NCBI GenBank assembly: GCA_963816875.1
Contig: CAWFMG010000003.1
Span: forward strand, 341,683 to 405,682
Length of the DNA: 64,000 nt
Direction of reading: 5' to 3'
Source: an uncultured Actinomycetota bacterium
Lineage (GTDB): Bacteria > Actinomycetota > Actinomycetes > Streptomycetales > Streptomycetaceae
The position numbers and the translations under genes were made by a program. Positions 34,406-43,472 of the stretch are shown in pieces; the first letter of the stretch is position 1, and every line of letters begins with the position of its first letter. Below the pieces are notes generated by a model. It worked only from the letters and a program-made list of their open reading frames with translations, was not told the DNA's origin and searched no databases.

Positions 34406-34948
34406 ATGCTGCGCGCGGATGCGACGCGGACCGCTCCCGCCCTCGTTCTTCGGCCGTGGTGTGCGGCGGATGCGCTCGCGCTGGTCGGGACCTCGTTCGC
34501 CGTGGGGAACGAGGCCGACGCCGTGCGGTGGTTGGGGGACCGCGAGCGGGCATGGGCGGCGGGGGAGCGGTTCGGCTTCGCGGTCCTTGAGGCGCAACCG
34601 GATGGCGGCCAGGGGAGGTTGCTCGGCAGCGTGGTCCTCAAGGAGATAGCCCCGGACAAGCCGTCGGCCGAGGTGGGCTACTGGACCGCGGCGCACGCCC
34701 GCGGGCGTGGCGTGGCGCCCCACGCCCTGGAGGCGCTCACCGGCTGGGCCTTCGACACCTTCCAGGCCGGCGGGCTCCGGCGTCTCGAACTCCTCCACCA
34801 GGTGGACAACCTGGCGTCCTGCCGCGTGGCGCAGAAGAGCCGGTACGACTTCGACAGAACCCTGCCCGCCGCCCCACCCACCTTCCCCCTCGAAGGCCAC
34901 CTCCACACCCGCCACCCGACACGGCTGAACGCAATCCGAGGAACCTGA
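34406..34948 (+). CDS. GNAT-family N-acetyltransferase (RimJ/RimL-like)
   Basis: ATG 34406 within ORF 34253..34948. LVLRPW, EVGYWTAAHARGRGVAPHALEALTGWAF and LELLHQVDNLASCRVAQKSRY. Confidence 0.7.
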   Translation: MLRADATRTAPALVLRPWCAADALALVGTSFAVGNEADAVRWLGDRERAWAAGERFGFAVLEAQPDGGQGRLLGSVVLKEIAPDKPSAEVGYWTAAHARGRGVAPHALEALTGWAFDTFQAGGLRRLELLHQVDNLASCRVAQKSRYDFDRTLPAAPPTFPLEGHLHTRHPTRLNAIRGT

Positions 34949-35141
34949 CCGAGCGCGTGACAGAGGCCTCGTGCGCGGGGAGTCCCGTCCCGCGGGACTC
35001 CCCGCGCACGACGCTCTCGGCAGCGCCGTAGCTATGGCGAAGACGCGGCGACGCTTGGCGCGGCACGATGACCCGCCAGGCCGGCGGCAACAGACGTACC
35101 ACCGGCACCGGCCTGTGCACCGAGCGGTAAGGGGACACCTC

Positions 35142-35330
35142 ATGGCAGAGCGCGAAACCCACTCACGGCTGACGAAGTGCGCCAGAACCGCGGTGAACCC
35201 GGCCCTCAACGTCCACGCGAAGCAGCAGGAGCGTGCCGCCCGCATCGCGCGGCACTTCGAGAGGGCGCGTGAGTGGGGCGCCGTCGAGGACGCGGAGGCG
35301 CTGCACCGGGCGGAGCAGCGCGGCCGGTGA
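35142..35330 (+). CDS. Possible antitoxin-like small protein (62 aa)
   Basis: ATG 35142 preceded by AAGGGGA, within ORF 34971..35330. Stop shares one nucleotide with the ATG of the PIN-like remnant (TGATG). No recognisable DNA-binding motif by eye. Confidence 0.4.
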   Translation: MAERETHSRLTKCARTAVNPALNVHAKQQERAARIARHFERAREWGAVEDAEALHRAEQRGR

Positions 35331-35591
35331 TGCACCTGCCTCGACACGTCGGGCGTCGTCCGGATACCGCGTGAACCAAAGGTGCGGGCGGCCTGGTACG
35401 ACGCGATCGCGGAGATGTTCGCTGACCTCTACCCTGACGGCCCAGGCCGCAGCGCCTCGCCCGTGGACCTGATGATTGCCGCCGCAGCGGCTCATCACGG
35501 GCTCGTGGTGCTGCACGACGACGCCGACTACCGCGTCGTCGCCCGCCACGCTCCCGACCTCGACGAGCACAGCGTGCACGAGGTCGTCTGA
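35330..35591 (+). pseudogene. PIN-domain (VapC-like) toxin remnant, frameshifted near 35339 and internally shortened
   Basis: ATG 35330 gives MHL, then the frame breaks. The next frame reads LDTSGVVRIPREPKVRAAWYDAIAE...PVDLMIAAAAAHHGLVVLHDDADY (ORF 35382..35591). Total about 87 aa, against about 130 for an intact VapC. Confidence 0.5.
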
Positions 35592-35638
35592 CGCTCATCT
35601 CTCGACCCGCCGTGAGGTACGACGGGGCCCGTGCGCGC

Positions 35639-35667
35639 TTGACAGATACCCCCTAGGGGTATGTAAT
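35639..35667 (+). promoter_or_regulatory. Sigma70-like promoter (TTGACA-17-TGTAAT) with a CsoR-type box in the spacer
   Basis: TTGACA at 35639-35644, TGTAAT at 35662-35667, ATACCCC-CTA-GGGGTAT at 35646-35662. ATG 35675 lies 8 nt after the -10, so the transcript is possibly leaderless. Confidence 0.6.
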
Positions 35668-35674
35668 GCGTGTC

Positions 35675-36622
35675 ATGAGAACACTTCACAAGGTCGTTTC
35701 CTTCGGGGCCGGGCTCTCGCTCACCCTCGGCGTTGCCTATGGCGTCGGGAACGCCGTCGGGCCCCTCGACGCCGAGCCGGAGGCGGCTCCTCATGACAGT
35801 CATCCGGCCGACGCAGGCGACGCAGACGATGCGGGTCAGGGGCATGGCGGGCACGGCGGGGGGCAGGAGGGCGGCGCGGAGTCGTCCGGGACGGCGCCCG
35901 CCGGGCTGCAGGTGGCGGAGCGTGGGTACACGCTGCACCCGATGATCACCGAGACGCCCGTGGCCGGCGACGAGACCGACTTCGCCTTCCATATCCTCGG
36001 CCCCGACGGCCAGCCCGTCACGGCCTACGAGGAGGCGCACGAGAAGGACCTGCACCTGATCGTGGTGCGCCGTGACCAGACCGGCTTCCAGCACGTGCAC
36101 CCCACGCTGGGCGTCGACGGGCTGTGGAGCGTGCCGCTAACCTTCGACAGCGGTGGCGACCACCGGGTCTTCGCGGACTTCACCCCGGCCGGCGATCCGG
36201 CGGGCCAGTTGACGCTGGGCGTGGACGTGGCCGTCGCCGGTCCGTACGAGCCGCAGCCCCAGCCCGCACCTGCCGCGACGGCGACCGTGGACGGCTACAC
36301 GGTCACCCTCGACGGCGATCTGGCCGCCGGCGCGGAGAGCGAGTTGACGTTGTCCGTCAGCCGCGACGGCCGTCCGGTCACCGACCTCCAGCCGTACCTG
36401 GGCGCGTACGGCCACCTGGTCGTGCTGCGCGCCGGCGATCTGGCCTACCTCCACGTGCACCCCGAGGGCGAGCCGGGCGACGGTCAGACCCCGTCGGGCC
36501 CCGAGATCACCTTCCACACCGAGGCGCCCAGCGACGGGACGTACCGCCTCTACCTGGACTTCCGCCACGACGGGGCGGTGCACACCGCCGAGTTCACCGT
36601 CGCCGCGGGCCACGCGCACTAG
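35675..36622 (+). CDS. Secreted or membrane-anchored His/Asp-rich protein associated with the copper ATPase
   Basis: ORF 35666..36622 (alternative ATG at 35666). N-terminal hydrophobic anchor, [24 protein letters not shown], and repeated HVHP motifs ([18 protein letters not shown]). Confidence 0.7.
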   Translation: MRTLHKVVSFGAGLSLTLGVAYGVGNAVGPLDAEPEAAPHDSHPADAGDADDAGQGHGGHGGGQEGGAESSGTAPAGLQVAERGYTLHPMITETPVAGDETDFAFHILGPDGQPVTAYEEAHEKDLHLIVVRRDQTGFQHVHPTLGVDGLWSVPLTFDSGGDHRVFADFTPAGDPAGQLTLGVDVAVAGPYEPQPQPAPAATATVDGYTVTLDGDLAAGAESELTLSVSRDGRPVTDLQPYLGAYGHLVVLRAGDLAYLHVHPEGEPGDGQTPSGPEITFHTEAPSDGTYRLYLDFRHDGAVHTAEFTVAAGHAH

Positions 36623-36671
36623 CCCCGACCCCCCGACCTTCGTCCCCGCCCGGGGCCCGTCTGCCCGTGGC

Positions 36672-36688
36672 ATACCCCCCGGGTGTAT
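36672..36688 (+). promoter_or_regulatory. Second CsoR-type box upstream of the copper ATPase gene
   Basis: ATACCCCCCGGGTGTAT, 14 nt upstream of the AGGAGA RBS and ATG 36702. Confidence 0.5.
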
Positions 36689-36701
36689 CGTAGGAGAAGC
36701 G

Positions 36702-39053
36702 ATGAGCACCGAGACCGAACCCTCACTCTCCGACGCCGAAACGCACGTCGAGCTGGCCATCGGCGGAATGACCTGCGCCTCCTGCGCCAACCGCATCGAG
36801 CGCCGGCTCAACAAGCTCGACGGCGTGACCGCCACGGTCAACTACGCCACCGAGGTGGCGCGGGTCAGCCACCCGGCCGGTGTCACCGTCGCCGACCTGG
36901 TGGCACAGGTCGAGGCCGCCGGCTACACCGCGGAACGGCCCTCGCCACCTGCCCCCGCCGAGACGCCGGCCGACCCGTCGGCCGCCGCACCGCCCGCCGC
37001 GCCGTCCGATGCGGACGCCGCGGAACCCGCGGACGACGCCCCGCTGCGCGCGCTGCGCGACCGACTGCTGGTCTCCGCCGTGCTCACCGTGCCGGTGATC
37101 GTCCTCGCCATGGTGCCCGCCTGGCAGTTCACCAACTGGCAGTGGCTCTCCCTGGCGCTCGCCTGGCCCGTGGTGGCCTACGGCGGCTGGCCGTTCCACC
37201 GCGCCGCCTGGACCAACCTCCGGCACGGCACCGCGACGATGGACACCCTGGTCTCGATCGGCACCCTCGCCGCGCTCGGCTGGTCGGTCTACGCCCTGTT
37301 CTGGGGCATGGCGGGCGAACCGGGCATGACCCACCCGTTCCGGATCACCATCCAGCGCACCGACGGCTCCGGCAGCCTCTACCTGGAGGCCGCGGCCGGG
37401 GTCACCACGTTCCTGCTCGCCGGCCGGTACTTCGAGGCGCGCGCCAAGCGCCGCTCCGGCGCCGCACTGCGCGCCCTGCTCCGACTCGGCGCCCGGGACG
37501 TCGCCGTGCTGCGGGCCGACGGACGCGAGGAGCGGGTGCCAGTGGACCGCCTCGCCGTCGGCGACGTCTTCGTGGTCCGGCCGGGCGAGAAGATCGCCAC
37601 CGACGGCGTCGTCGAGGACGGCACCTCGGCGGTGGACGCCTCGATGCTGACCGGCGAGTCCGTGCCCGTCGAGGTCGGGCCCGGCGACGCCGTGGTGGGC
37701 GCCACCGTCAACGCCGGCGGGCGGCTCGTGGTGCGCGCCACCCGGATCGGCGCCGACACCCAGCTCGCGCGGATGGCGCGTCTGGTGACGGAGGCGCAGC
37801 ACGGCAAGGCGCAGGTGCAGCGGCTGGCCGACCGGATCTCCGGCGTCTTCGTGCCCATCGTCATCGGCCTGGCCGTCGGCACCCTCGGCTTCTGGTGGGG
37901 CGCCGGCGAGGAGGCGGCCGCCGCGTTCACCGCCGCCGTCGCGGTGCTGATCATCGCCTGCCCGTGCGCGCTCGGCCTGGCCACCCCGACCGCGCTGCTG
38001 GTCGGCACCGGGCGCGGCGCGCAACTCGGCATCCTCATCAAGGGGCCCGAGGTCCTGGAGAACACCCGCCGCATCGACACCATCGTGCTGGACAAGACCG
38101 GCACCGTCACCACGGGCCGGATGGCGCTGGTCGCGGTGCACCCGGCGGCGGGCGAGGACGAGGCCGAGGTGCTGCGGCTCGCGGGCGCGCTGGAGCACGC
38201 CTCCGAGCACCCGATCGCCCGGGCCGTCGCCGAGGCCGCGGCCGAGCGGTCAGGCGAGGCGCCGCCGAGCGTCGGGGACTTCGGCAACGTGCCGGGGCTC
38301 GGCGTGCAGGGTGTGGTGGACGGGCACGCGGTGCTCGTCGGCCGTCCCCGGCTGCTGGCCGACTGGGCGCTGCCGCTGCCCGCGGAGTTGGACCGCGCCC
38401 TGGCCGCCGCCGAGGCCGAGGGCCACACTGCCGTGGCGGTCGCCTGGGACGGCAGGGCCCGCGGAGTCCTGGTGGTCGCCGACACGGTCAGGCCCACCTC
38501 GGCCGACGCGATCCGCCGGTTCCGCGCGCTGGGCCTCACCCCGGTGCTGCTGACCGGCGACAACGCGGCGGCCGCCGCCTCGGTCGCCCGGCAGGTCGGC
38601 ATCGCCGAATCCGACGTCATCGCCGGCGTGCTGCCCGAGGGCAAGGTGGCGGCGGTCGCGCGGCTGAAGGAGGAGGGCCGGGTCGTCGCCATGGTCGGCG
38701 ACGGCATCAACGACGCCGCCGCCCTGGCCACGGCCGACCTGGGCCTGGCGATGGGGACCGGCACGGACGTCGCGATCGAGGCCGCCGATCTGACCCTGGT
38801 GCGCGGCGACCTGCGCGCCGCCGCCGACGCGATTCGGCTCTCCCGGCGCACCCTCGCCATCATCAAGGGGAACCTCTTCTGGGCCTTCGCCTACAACGTC
38901 GCCGGGCTGCCGCTCGCCGCGGCGGGCCTGCTGAACCCGATGCTGGCCGGCGCCGCCATGGCGTTCAGCTCCGTCTTCGTCGTCAGCAACAGCCTGCGGC
39001 TTCGCGGATTCAAGCCGGCGGAGCCGGACAATGCGCGGGCCGATCGGAAATAG
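36702..39053 (+). CDS. copA: Copper-translocating P1B-type ATPase
   Basis: ORF 36702..39053. N-terminal [12 protein letters not shown] metal-binding domain, CPC ([13 protein letters not shown]), DKTGTVT and [11 protein letters not shown]. Confidence 0.95.
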   Translation: MSTETEPSLSDAETHVELAIGGMTCASCANRIERRLNKLDGVTATVNYATEVARVSHPAGVTVADLVAQVEAAGYTAERPSPPAPAETPADPSAAAPPAAPSDADAAEPADDAPLRALRDRLLVSAVLTVPVIVLAMVPAWQFTNWQWLSLALAWPVVAYGGWPFHRAAWTNLRHGTATMDTLVSIGTLAALGWSVYALFWGMAGEPGMTHPFRITIQRTDGSGSLYLEAAAGVTTFLLAGRYFEARAKRRSGAALRALLRLGARDVAVLRADGREERVPVDRLAVGDVFVVRPGEKIATDGVVEDGTSAVDASMLTGESVPVEVGPGDAVVGATVNAGGRLVVRATRIGADTQLARMARLVTEAQHGKAQVQRLADRISGVFVPIVIGLAVGTLGFWWGAGEEAAAAFTAAVAVLIIACPCALGLATPTALLVGTGRGAQLGILIKGPEVLENTRRIDTIVLDKTGTVTTGRMALVAVHPAAGEDEAEVLRLAGALEHASEHPIARAVAEAAAERSGEAPPSVGDFGNVPGLGVQGVVDGHAVLVGRPRLLADWALPLPAELDRALAAAEAEGHTAVAVAWDGRARGVLVVADTVRPTSADAIRRFRALGLTPVLLTGDNAAAAASVARQVGIAESDVIAGVLPEGKVAAVARLKEEGRVVAMVGDGINDAAALATADLGLAMGTGTDVAIEAADLTLVRGDLRAAADAIRLSRRTLAIIKGNLFWAFAYNVAGLPLAAAGLLNPMLAGAAMAFSSVFVVSNSLRLRGFKPAEPDNARADRK

Positions 39054-39069
39054 GGAAACAGGCTCCGGA

Positions 39070-39096
39070 ATGCCACCGGCGTTTCACCGGTGGCAT
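39070..39096 (+). terminator. Stem-loop terminator after copA (no U-tract)
   Basis: ATGCCACCGG-cgtttca-CCGGTGGCAT. Perfect 10-bp stem, 17 nt after the stop. Confidence 0.55.
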
Positions 39097-39898
39097 CCGT
39101 GCATCCGGAACTGGAACTGGAACCGGAATTCCGGTCCCGGTCGGCGTTATCGAGCGATGCCGCCGTCCCCGTCGTCCTCGCCGGGGTCGTCGGCGGGCCG
39201 GGCCTCGCAGAGGCCGCGCGGCACGGAACGGGCGTCGAAGGCCAGGTCCGGGTGCTCGTCCGGGCGGGCGTGCCTTTTCTCCGCCCTTCCCGCACAGTGG
39301 CCCGCCAGCCCCCCCAACACGCCGCCCCCACGCCCCCGGGCGCGCGCACCGCCGCCCGACGACAGCCTGCTGTTCGCCTTCGTGATGCTGATGGGCTTCT
39401 TGGCCTAAGTGGAGGCGTTCGTGGTGTTCCCGTTCGCGCCTCGTCGGGCAGCCGGACAACACCGCGCACGTCCGCTGCCCACCTACCAGGCCACGGCGCA
39501 CCGTTCCGCACGAGCGCCCTCGACCGGCCACAGAACAGCCGACACGAACGCGGGCGCTCAACGCGTTGCACGTCCACGAGATCGAACGCTGGGCCGGAAC
39601 CAGGGACGTCGAACTGTACGAGAAGGCTGCGGCACGCGCGTTCGACGTCGTCTTGACGAACGACTCCAAACAGCTTCGCCGGGCCGTCGAAGTCGCAGCC
39701 GTCGCGAGGTCGGGTCTGCACCGCATCGAGTACCGCCAGAACAACAAGCACGGCGGCCTTGTGGGGCTCGGCACCGCCATCGCCACCGTGTGTGCGGCGC
39801 TGCCGCACGCGCTGGCCGAGCTTCCGGCGTGGAACCCCGCGGGCGCCGGGCCGGATGGGTCGGCTCGGTGCCCGCGGGGGACTGTGGGGGGCGGTCGG

Positions 39899-40426
39899 TC
39901 AGCAGCCGCCGCAGTTGTAGTACGTGACGTCCCAGTGGTTGCCCTCCAGGGCGTAGATGTTGCCGGAGCCCGACTCGTACATGGACGCGCCGTCGCTGCG
40001 TTCGCCGATGTAGGTGAAGTTGCCGGTGATGTAGCCGTTGATGCAGCCGCTCGTCGAGTAGTCGAGCTTGTAGCCGTTCCAGTGGCTGTACGTGCCGCTC
40101 GCGTGGCCGGTCTCCGTGCCGCCGGTGATGTTCAGCGCGCAGCCGCTCGCCGACTTCAGCGTCTGGGCGCCCTGCGCCGATGCCAGGTTGAGCTGGTCGA
40201 AGGACGTGCAGGTCGGGTTGTTGCGGTCCGAGCAGCCGCCCGAGGAGGACCAGGTGATGCCGGAGGACTGGAACCGCGAGGTCGCCTGCGAGTGGGTGAT
40301 CTTCGTGACCAGCGGCGTGACGTCGGTGACCTCAGTGGCGGTCGCCGGTGCCAGACCGGTGGCCGGCCCGGCGAGAAACGCGCCGGCGGTCAGAGTGAGC
40401 GTGGCGAGGACGGAACGAACGCGCAT
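39899..40426 (-). CDS. Secreted Cys-containing protein (possible LAS/M15-like metallopeptidase fold; weak)
   Basis: ORF 39899..40426. Signal peptide MRVRSVLATLTLTAGAFLAGPATGLAPA, motifs GHASGTYSHWNGYKLD and GNHWD, and six or more Cys. Confidence 0.7.
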   Translation of the reverse strand: MRVRSVLATLTLTAGAFLAGPATGLAPATATEVTDVTPLVTKITHSQATSRFQSSGITWSSSGGCSDRNNPTCTSFDQLNLASAQGAQTLKSASGCALNITGGTETGHASGTYSHWNGYKLDYSTSGCINGYITGNFTYIGERSDGASMYESGSGNIYALEGNHWDVTYYNCGGC

Positions 40427-40731
40427 CGGGAACCTCCTGCAGAGGATGTGGGGGAATTGCCGTGGCGGAGCGTGGGGAGAGCAAGTCGTGCAGGCGGTGC
40501 AAGCAGGATGATGCCCCAGATCTACGCGCGTAAGCCAGAGGGTGGAGGCGACGAACTCGCGGCGTTCCGCCGGCCGTTCGGTGTCGACGGGGTGTCAGCC
40601 CAGGTCAGCCAGGCAACCCCCGCGCCGGCGCACTGGCTCGTTGGGAGGGCGGTCGGGCGCGCGCCGGCCGCCCCCGAGTACGACGCGGGTAGGCCGGAGT
40701 CGATCACGATCCGACGATCGAGGAGACTCGT

Positions 40732-41595
40732 ATGAGCACCGCTGTCACGTCCGGTTCCTGGCCGACCGTCACCGCCGACACGTCCACGTTCACCGGCCTG
40801 GGCACGGACCACGTCCGATGGGGGAACGTCGCGGACGGCGCCAAGAGCGGCTACGTCTTCCGCGGCGGGACCGTGGAGGTGCAGCTGGACGGCACCGAGT
40901 TCACGCTGGGCACCTTCACGCACGAGAACTTCCCGATTCCCGCACTGTCGACGCCGCAGTTCGACGCGGACCTCACCGTGAAGGTCGCGTTCGAGGACGG
41001 CACCGAGGGCGACTTCAGCTTCCGCTTCCACCACAACGAGACGCCCAACGTGGGCCCGGCGCCGGAGGATCTGGTCGATCTGCCGACGTTCGTCTCACCG
41101 GAGGAGGTCACCGTCGACGGCCAGAAGTACCAAGTGGTCATCAGCGGGTTCAAGCAGAACGGGCAGATCGTCCGGCAGTTCGTCAGCGCGGAGGGCGGCG
41201 CCAACAGCGCGGACATCGTCGCGCTGTTCGCCCGCGCCGGCGAACCGGACGTGGTGCTCACCCAGGTGCAGTTCAGGGGCGCGGCGAAGAACCAGGCCGA
41301 CGAGTACGTCGAGATCATGAACCGCGGCGCCGAGCCCGCCGACATCTCCGGCTGGCGGCTCGGCGCCGACGACGCCGGACAGGACTACTCCTTCCCCCCG
41401 GGCACCGTGCTCCAGCCGGGCCAGCGGATCAGGGTGTACACCAACGAAACCCACCCCGAGTCCGGTGGCTTCTCCTACGGCATCAACCGCCCCATCTGGA
41501 ACAACCAGGGCGATACCGCCCTGCTCCAGACCGCCGGGGGCGAGACGGTCTCCGAGTTCCCCTACGGCAACAAGGTGCCCAGCACCACGCCGTAG
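40732..41595 (+). CDS. Choice-of-anchor-K-like N-terminal domain + lamin-tail domain protein, no obvious signal peptide
   Basis: ORF 40732..41595. GTFTHENFPI, DEYVEIMNRGAEPADISGWRL and RIRVYTN. Confidence 0.7.
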   Translation: MSTAVTSGSWPTVTADTSTFTGLGTDHVRWGNVADGAKSGYVFRGGTVEVQLDGTEFTLGTFTHENFPIPALSTPQFDADLTVKVAFEDGTEGDFSFRFHHNETPNVGPAPEDLVDLPTFVSPEEVTVDGQKYQVVISGFKQNGQIVRQFVSAEGGANSADIVALFARAGEPDVVLTQVQFRGAAKNQADEYVEIMNRGAEPADISGWRLGADDAGQDYSFPPGTVLQPGQRIRVYTNETHPESGGFSYGINRPIWNNQGDTALLQTAGGETVSEFPYGNKVPSTTP

Positions 41596-41625
41596 GCGCA
41601 GATGTCAGACCCCTGTGTTGGGATC

Positions 41626-41657
41626 GTCACAGCGTCACCGTCCGGTGACACTGTGAC
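41626..41657. terminator. Bidirectional hairpin between convergent genes
   Basis: GTCACAGCGTCACCG-tc-CGGTGACACTGTGAC (15-bp arms, one mismatch). Confidence 0.55.
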
Positions 41658-41669
41658 GAGGGCCGAGTC

Positions 41670-43355
41670 CTAGTCGTCGGAGAGGAGTGGGTCGTCGCTC
41701 GGGTCCGGCGCGGGGGTCGGCTGGGCGTCTTCGCCGAGCAGGGGCTCGGAGAGTTCGGTCAGGACCAGTTCCCGGGCCGGGTCCTCGGCCGGTTCGGGTG
41801 GTTCGACCGGTTCGACGACCTCGGTCGGCGGGGTCGGCGCGTCGGGGACCAGTTCCTCCTCGTCCGCCTGCCGGGTGGCCTCGTCGACCGGGTCGGTGAT
41901 CCGGTCGTCCGCTCCCGTCGGGGGGCCGGTGAGGATCGGAAGCAGCGGGGGCGGGGTGTCGACGGGGCAGCCGAGGTCGAGGACGACGAGGGAGAGGGCC
42001 TGGCCGTCCGGGTCCGACAGGCAGAGCAGGCCGGTCGGGGACGCGGGGCCGGCGTCGGCCTGGTCGGGCGGGGCCTGGTCGGGGCCTTCGGAGGGGCCGG
42101 CGTCCTCGGCCTCGTCCGGCGCCGGGCGCCGGTCGGGCGAGGCGGCGGCGTCGTGATGGGTGGCGACGGCGGCGACCGGGCGGGAGCCGGCGGTGCCGGC
42201 CTCGGCGCCGGTCGCCGTCGGGGCCGCCGAACCGGCCGCGAGGGCCACGGTGGTGGCCACGCCGACGGCGACCTTGCCGAGCAGGCCGCCGACGCCGCCC
42301 AGTCCGGTGGCGGTCGTGCCCGTCCCCGCGAGGCCCGACGTCCAGGCCACGGACGAGGCGGGCGGGGCCGCGGTCGTCGCGCACCAGGCCACCGCGGCGA
42401 ACGGCACAAGACCGCGCAGCGTGGCGTTGACGTCCACCAGTTCCAGATACGCCGCCCGGCAGCGGTCGCAGTCGTCCAGGTGCAGCCGCAGGCGCCGCGA
42501 GCAGGTGGTGCCGCGCACCAGCGCGCCCAGCCGCCGGGCGTACCTGCGGCAGTCCTGCCGATCGGTCAGCGAGTCGTTGACGTGCGCCTGGAGGTACGCC
42601 TGCCGCAGGCCCTCGCGGGCGCGGTGGGCCAGCACGGCGGTGGCGTTCGGGGTGAGTTCGAGCGCGGCGGACACCTCGCTGAGCGACTGCTGTTCGACCG
42701 CGGTGCGCCACAGCACGTCCCGCCAGCGCCGCGGCAGCTCACGGAACGCCCGCACGAGCAGCGCCCGGTCGGCCTCGTCCAGCGCCTGCGCCTCGGCCGA
42801 CGCGGCGGGCGGCCATGCCTCACCGAAGACCGGGGCGACGTCCTCGCCGGGCGCGCTGTCGGCGGGCAGCACGTGCCGGGCTGGGCGGTCCGCGGTCGGA
42901 GCCGCCGCCTCGGCGGCCACGGCCGCGACGTCGGCCACCGCGCGCTCGCGCCGTTCGGCCGCCGACCGCCCCGCCGCCAACCGCCGCACCGAGACGAGCA
43001 GATGGTCCCGCACGGACGCGGTCGGCCCGCCGCCCCGGCGCACCGCGCCCAGCGTCCGGGTGAACGCCTCGTCCGTCAGGTCCTCGGCGGTATGCGCGTC
43101 CAGGCCGTCGCCCCGCACCTGCCGCCGCACGGTGAGCGCGTGCCGGCGGTACAGCTCGGCGAAGGCGTCGTCGTCGCCGTCGCGGGCGCACGCCAGCAGC
43201 ACCGCGTCCGGTGTGCTCCCGTGATCCGCCCCGTGTTTCGCCCCGTGTTTCGCCCCGTGATGAGCCTGGTGGTGAGCCTGCTGAGCCGTCACGTGACCGC
43301 GTCCCCTCGTCGTGCTTCGTCGCCCGTGGCGCCGGTCCCCACTCGCGTCACCCAC
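41670..43355 (-). CDS. ECF-type sigma factor fused to a zinc-finger anti-sigma-like segment, a TM region and an acidic Pro-rich tail
   Basis: ORF 41670..43355. Sigma2 (FAELYRRH...DLTDEAF), sigma4 (LPRRWRDVLWRTAVEQQSLSEVSAALELTPNATAVLAHRAREGL), HLDDCDRC (Hx3Cx2C), a Gly/Ala/Val-rich hydrophobic stretch and a D/E/P-rich C-terminus. Start is uncertain (HGAK tandem repeat at the N-terminus). Confidence 0.7.
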   Translation of the reverse strand: MGDASGDRRHGRRSTTRGRGHVTAQQAHHQAHHGAKHGAKHGADHGSTPDAVLLACARDGDDDAFAELYRRHALTVRRQVRGDGLDAHTAEDLTDEAFTRTLGAVRRGGGPTASVRDHLLVSVRRLAAGRSAAERRERAVADVAAVAAEAAAPTADRPARHVLPADSAPGEDVAPVFGEAWPPAASAEAQALDEADRALLVRAFRELPRRWRDVLWRTAVEQQSLSEVSAALELTPNATAVLAHRAREGLRQAYLQAHVNDSLTDRQDCRRYARRLGALVRGTTCSRRLRLHLDDCDRCRAAYLELVDVNATLRGLVPFAAVAWCATTAAPPASSVAWTSGLAGTGTTATGLGGVGGLLGKVAVGVATTVALAAGSAAPTATGAEAGTAGSRPVAAVATHHDAAASPDRRPAPDEAEDAGPSEGPDQAPPDQADAGPASPTGLLCLSDPDGQALSLVVLDLGCPVDTPPPLLPILTGPPTGADDRITDPVDEATRQADEEELVPDAPTPPTEVVEPVEPPEPAEDPARELVLTELSEPLLGEDAQPTPAPDPSDDPLLSDD

Positions 43356-43472
43356 ATCACTGGGGTGGCACCCGGAACTCGTGCCGCACGCGTCGCGCCT
43401 GCTGTTCGTCTGCTCAGGTCTCGCGGTCGTATTCCTGGCCGCCCACTCTTATCCACCGCGGCTCACCACCCG

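Noticed and set aside
39566-39870. The first 100 aa or so of ORF 39566..40735 (HEIERWAGTRDVELYEKAAARAFDVVLTNDSKQLRR...HRIEYRQNNKHGG), which is lower in GC and vaguely PIN/DUF5615-like.
   Set aside because: It has only a TTG start and no upstream coding continuity. The rest of the ORF is antisense shadow of the secreted-protein gene. It may be a gene fragment, but it is unsupported.
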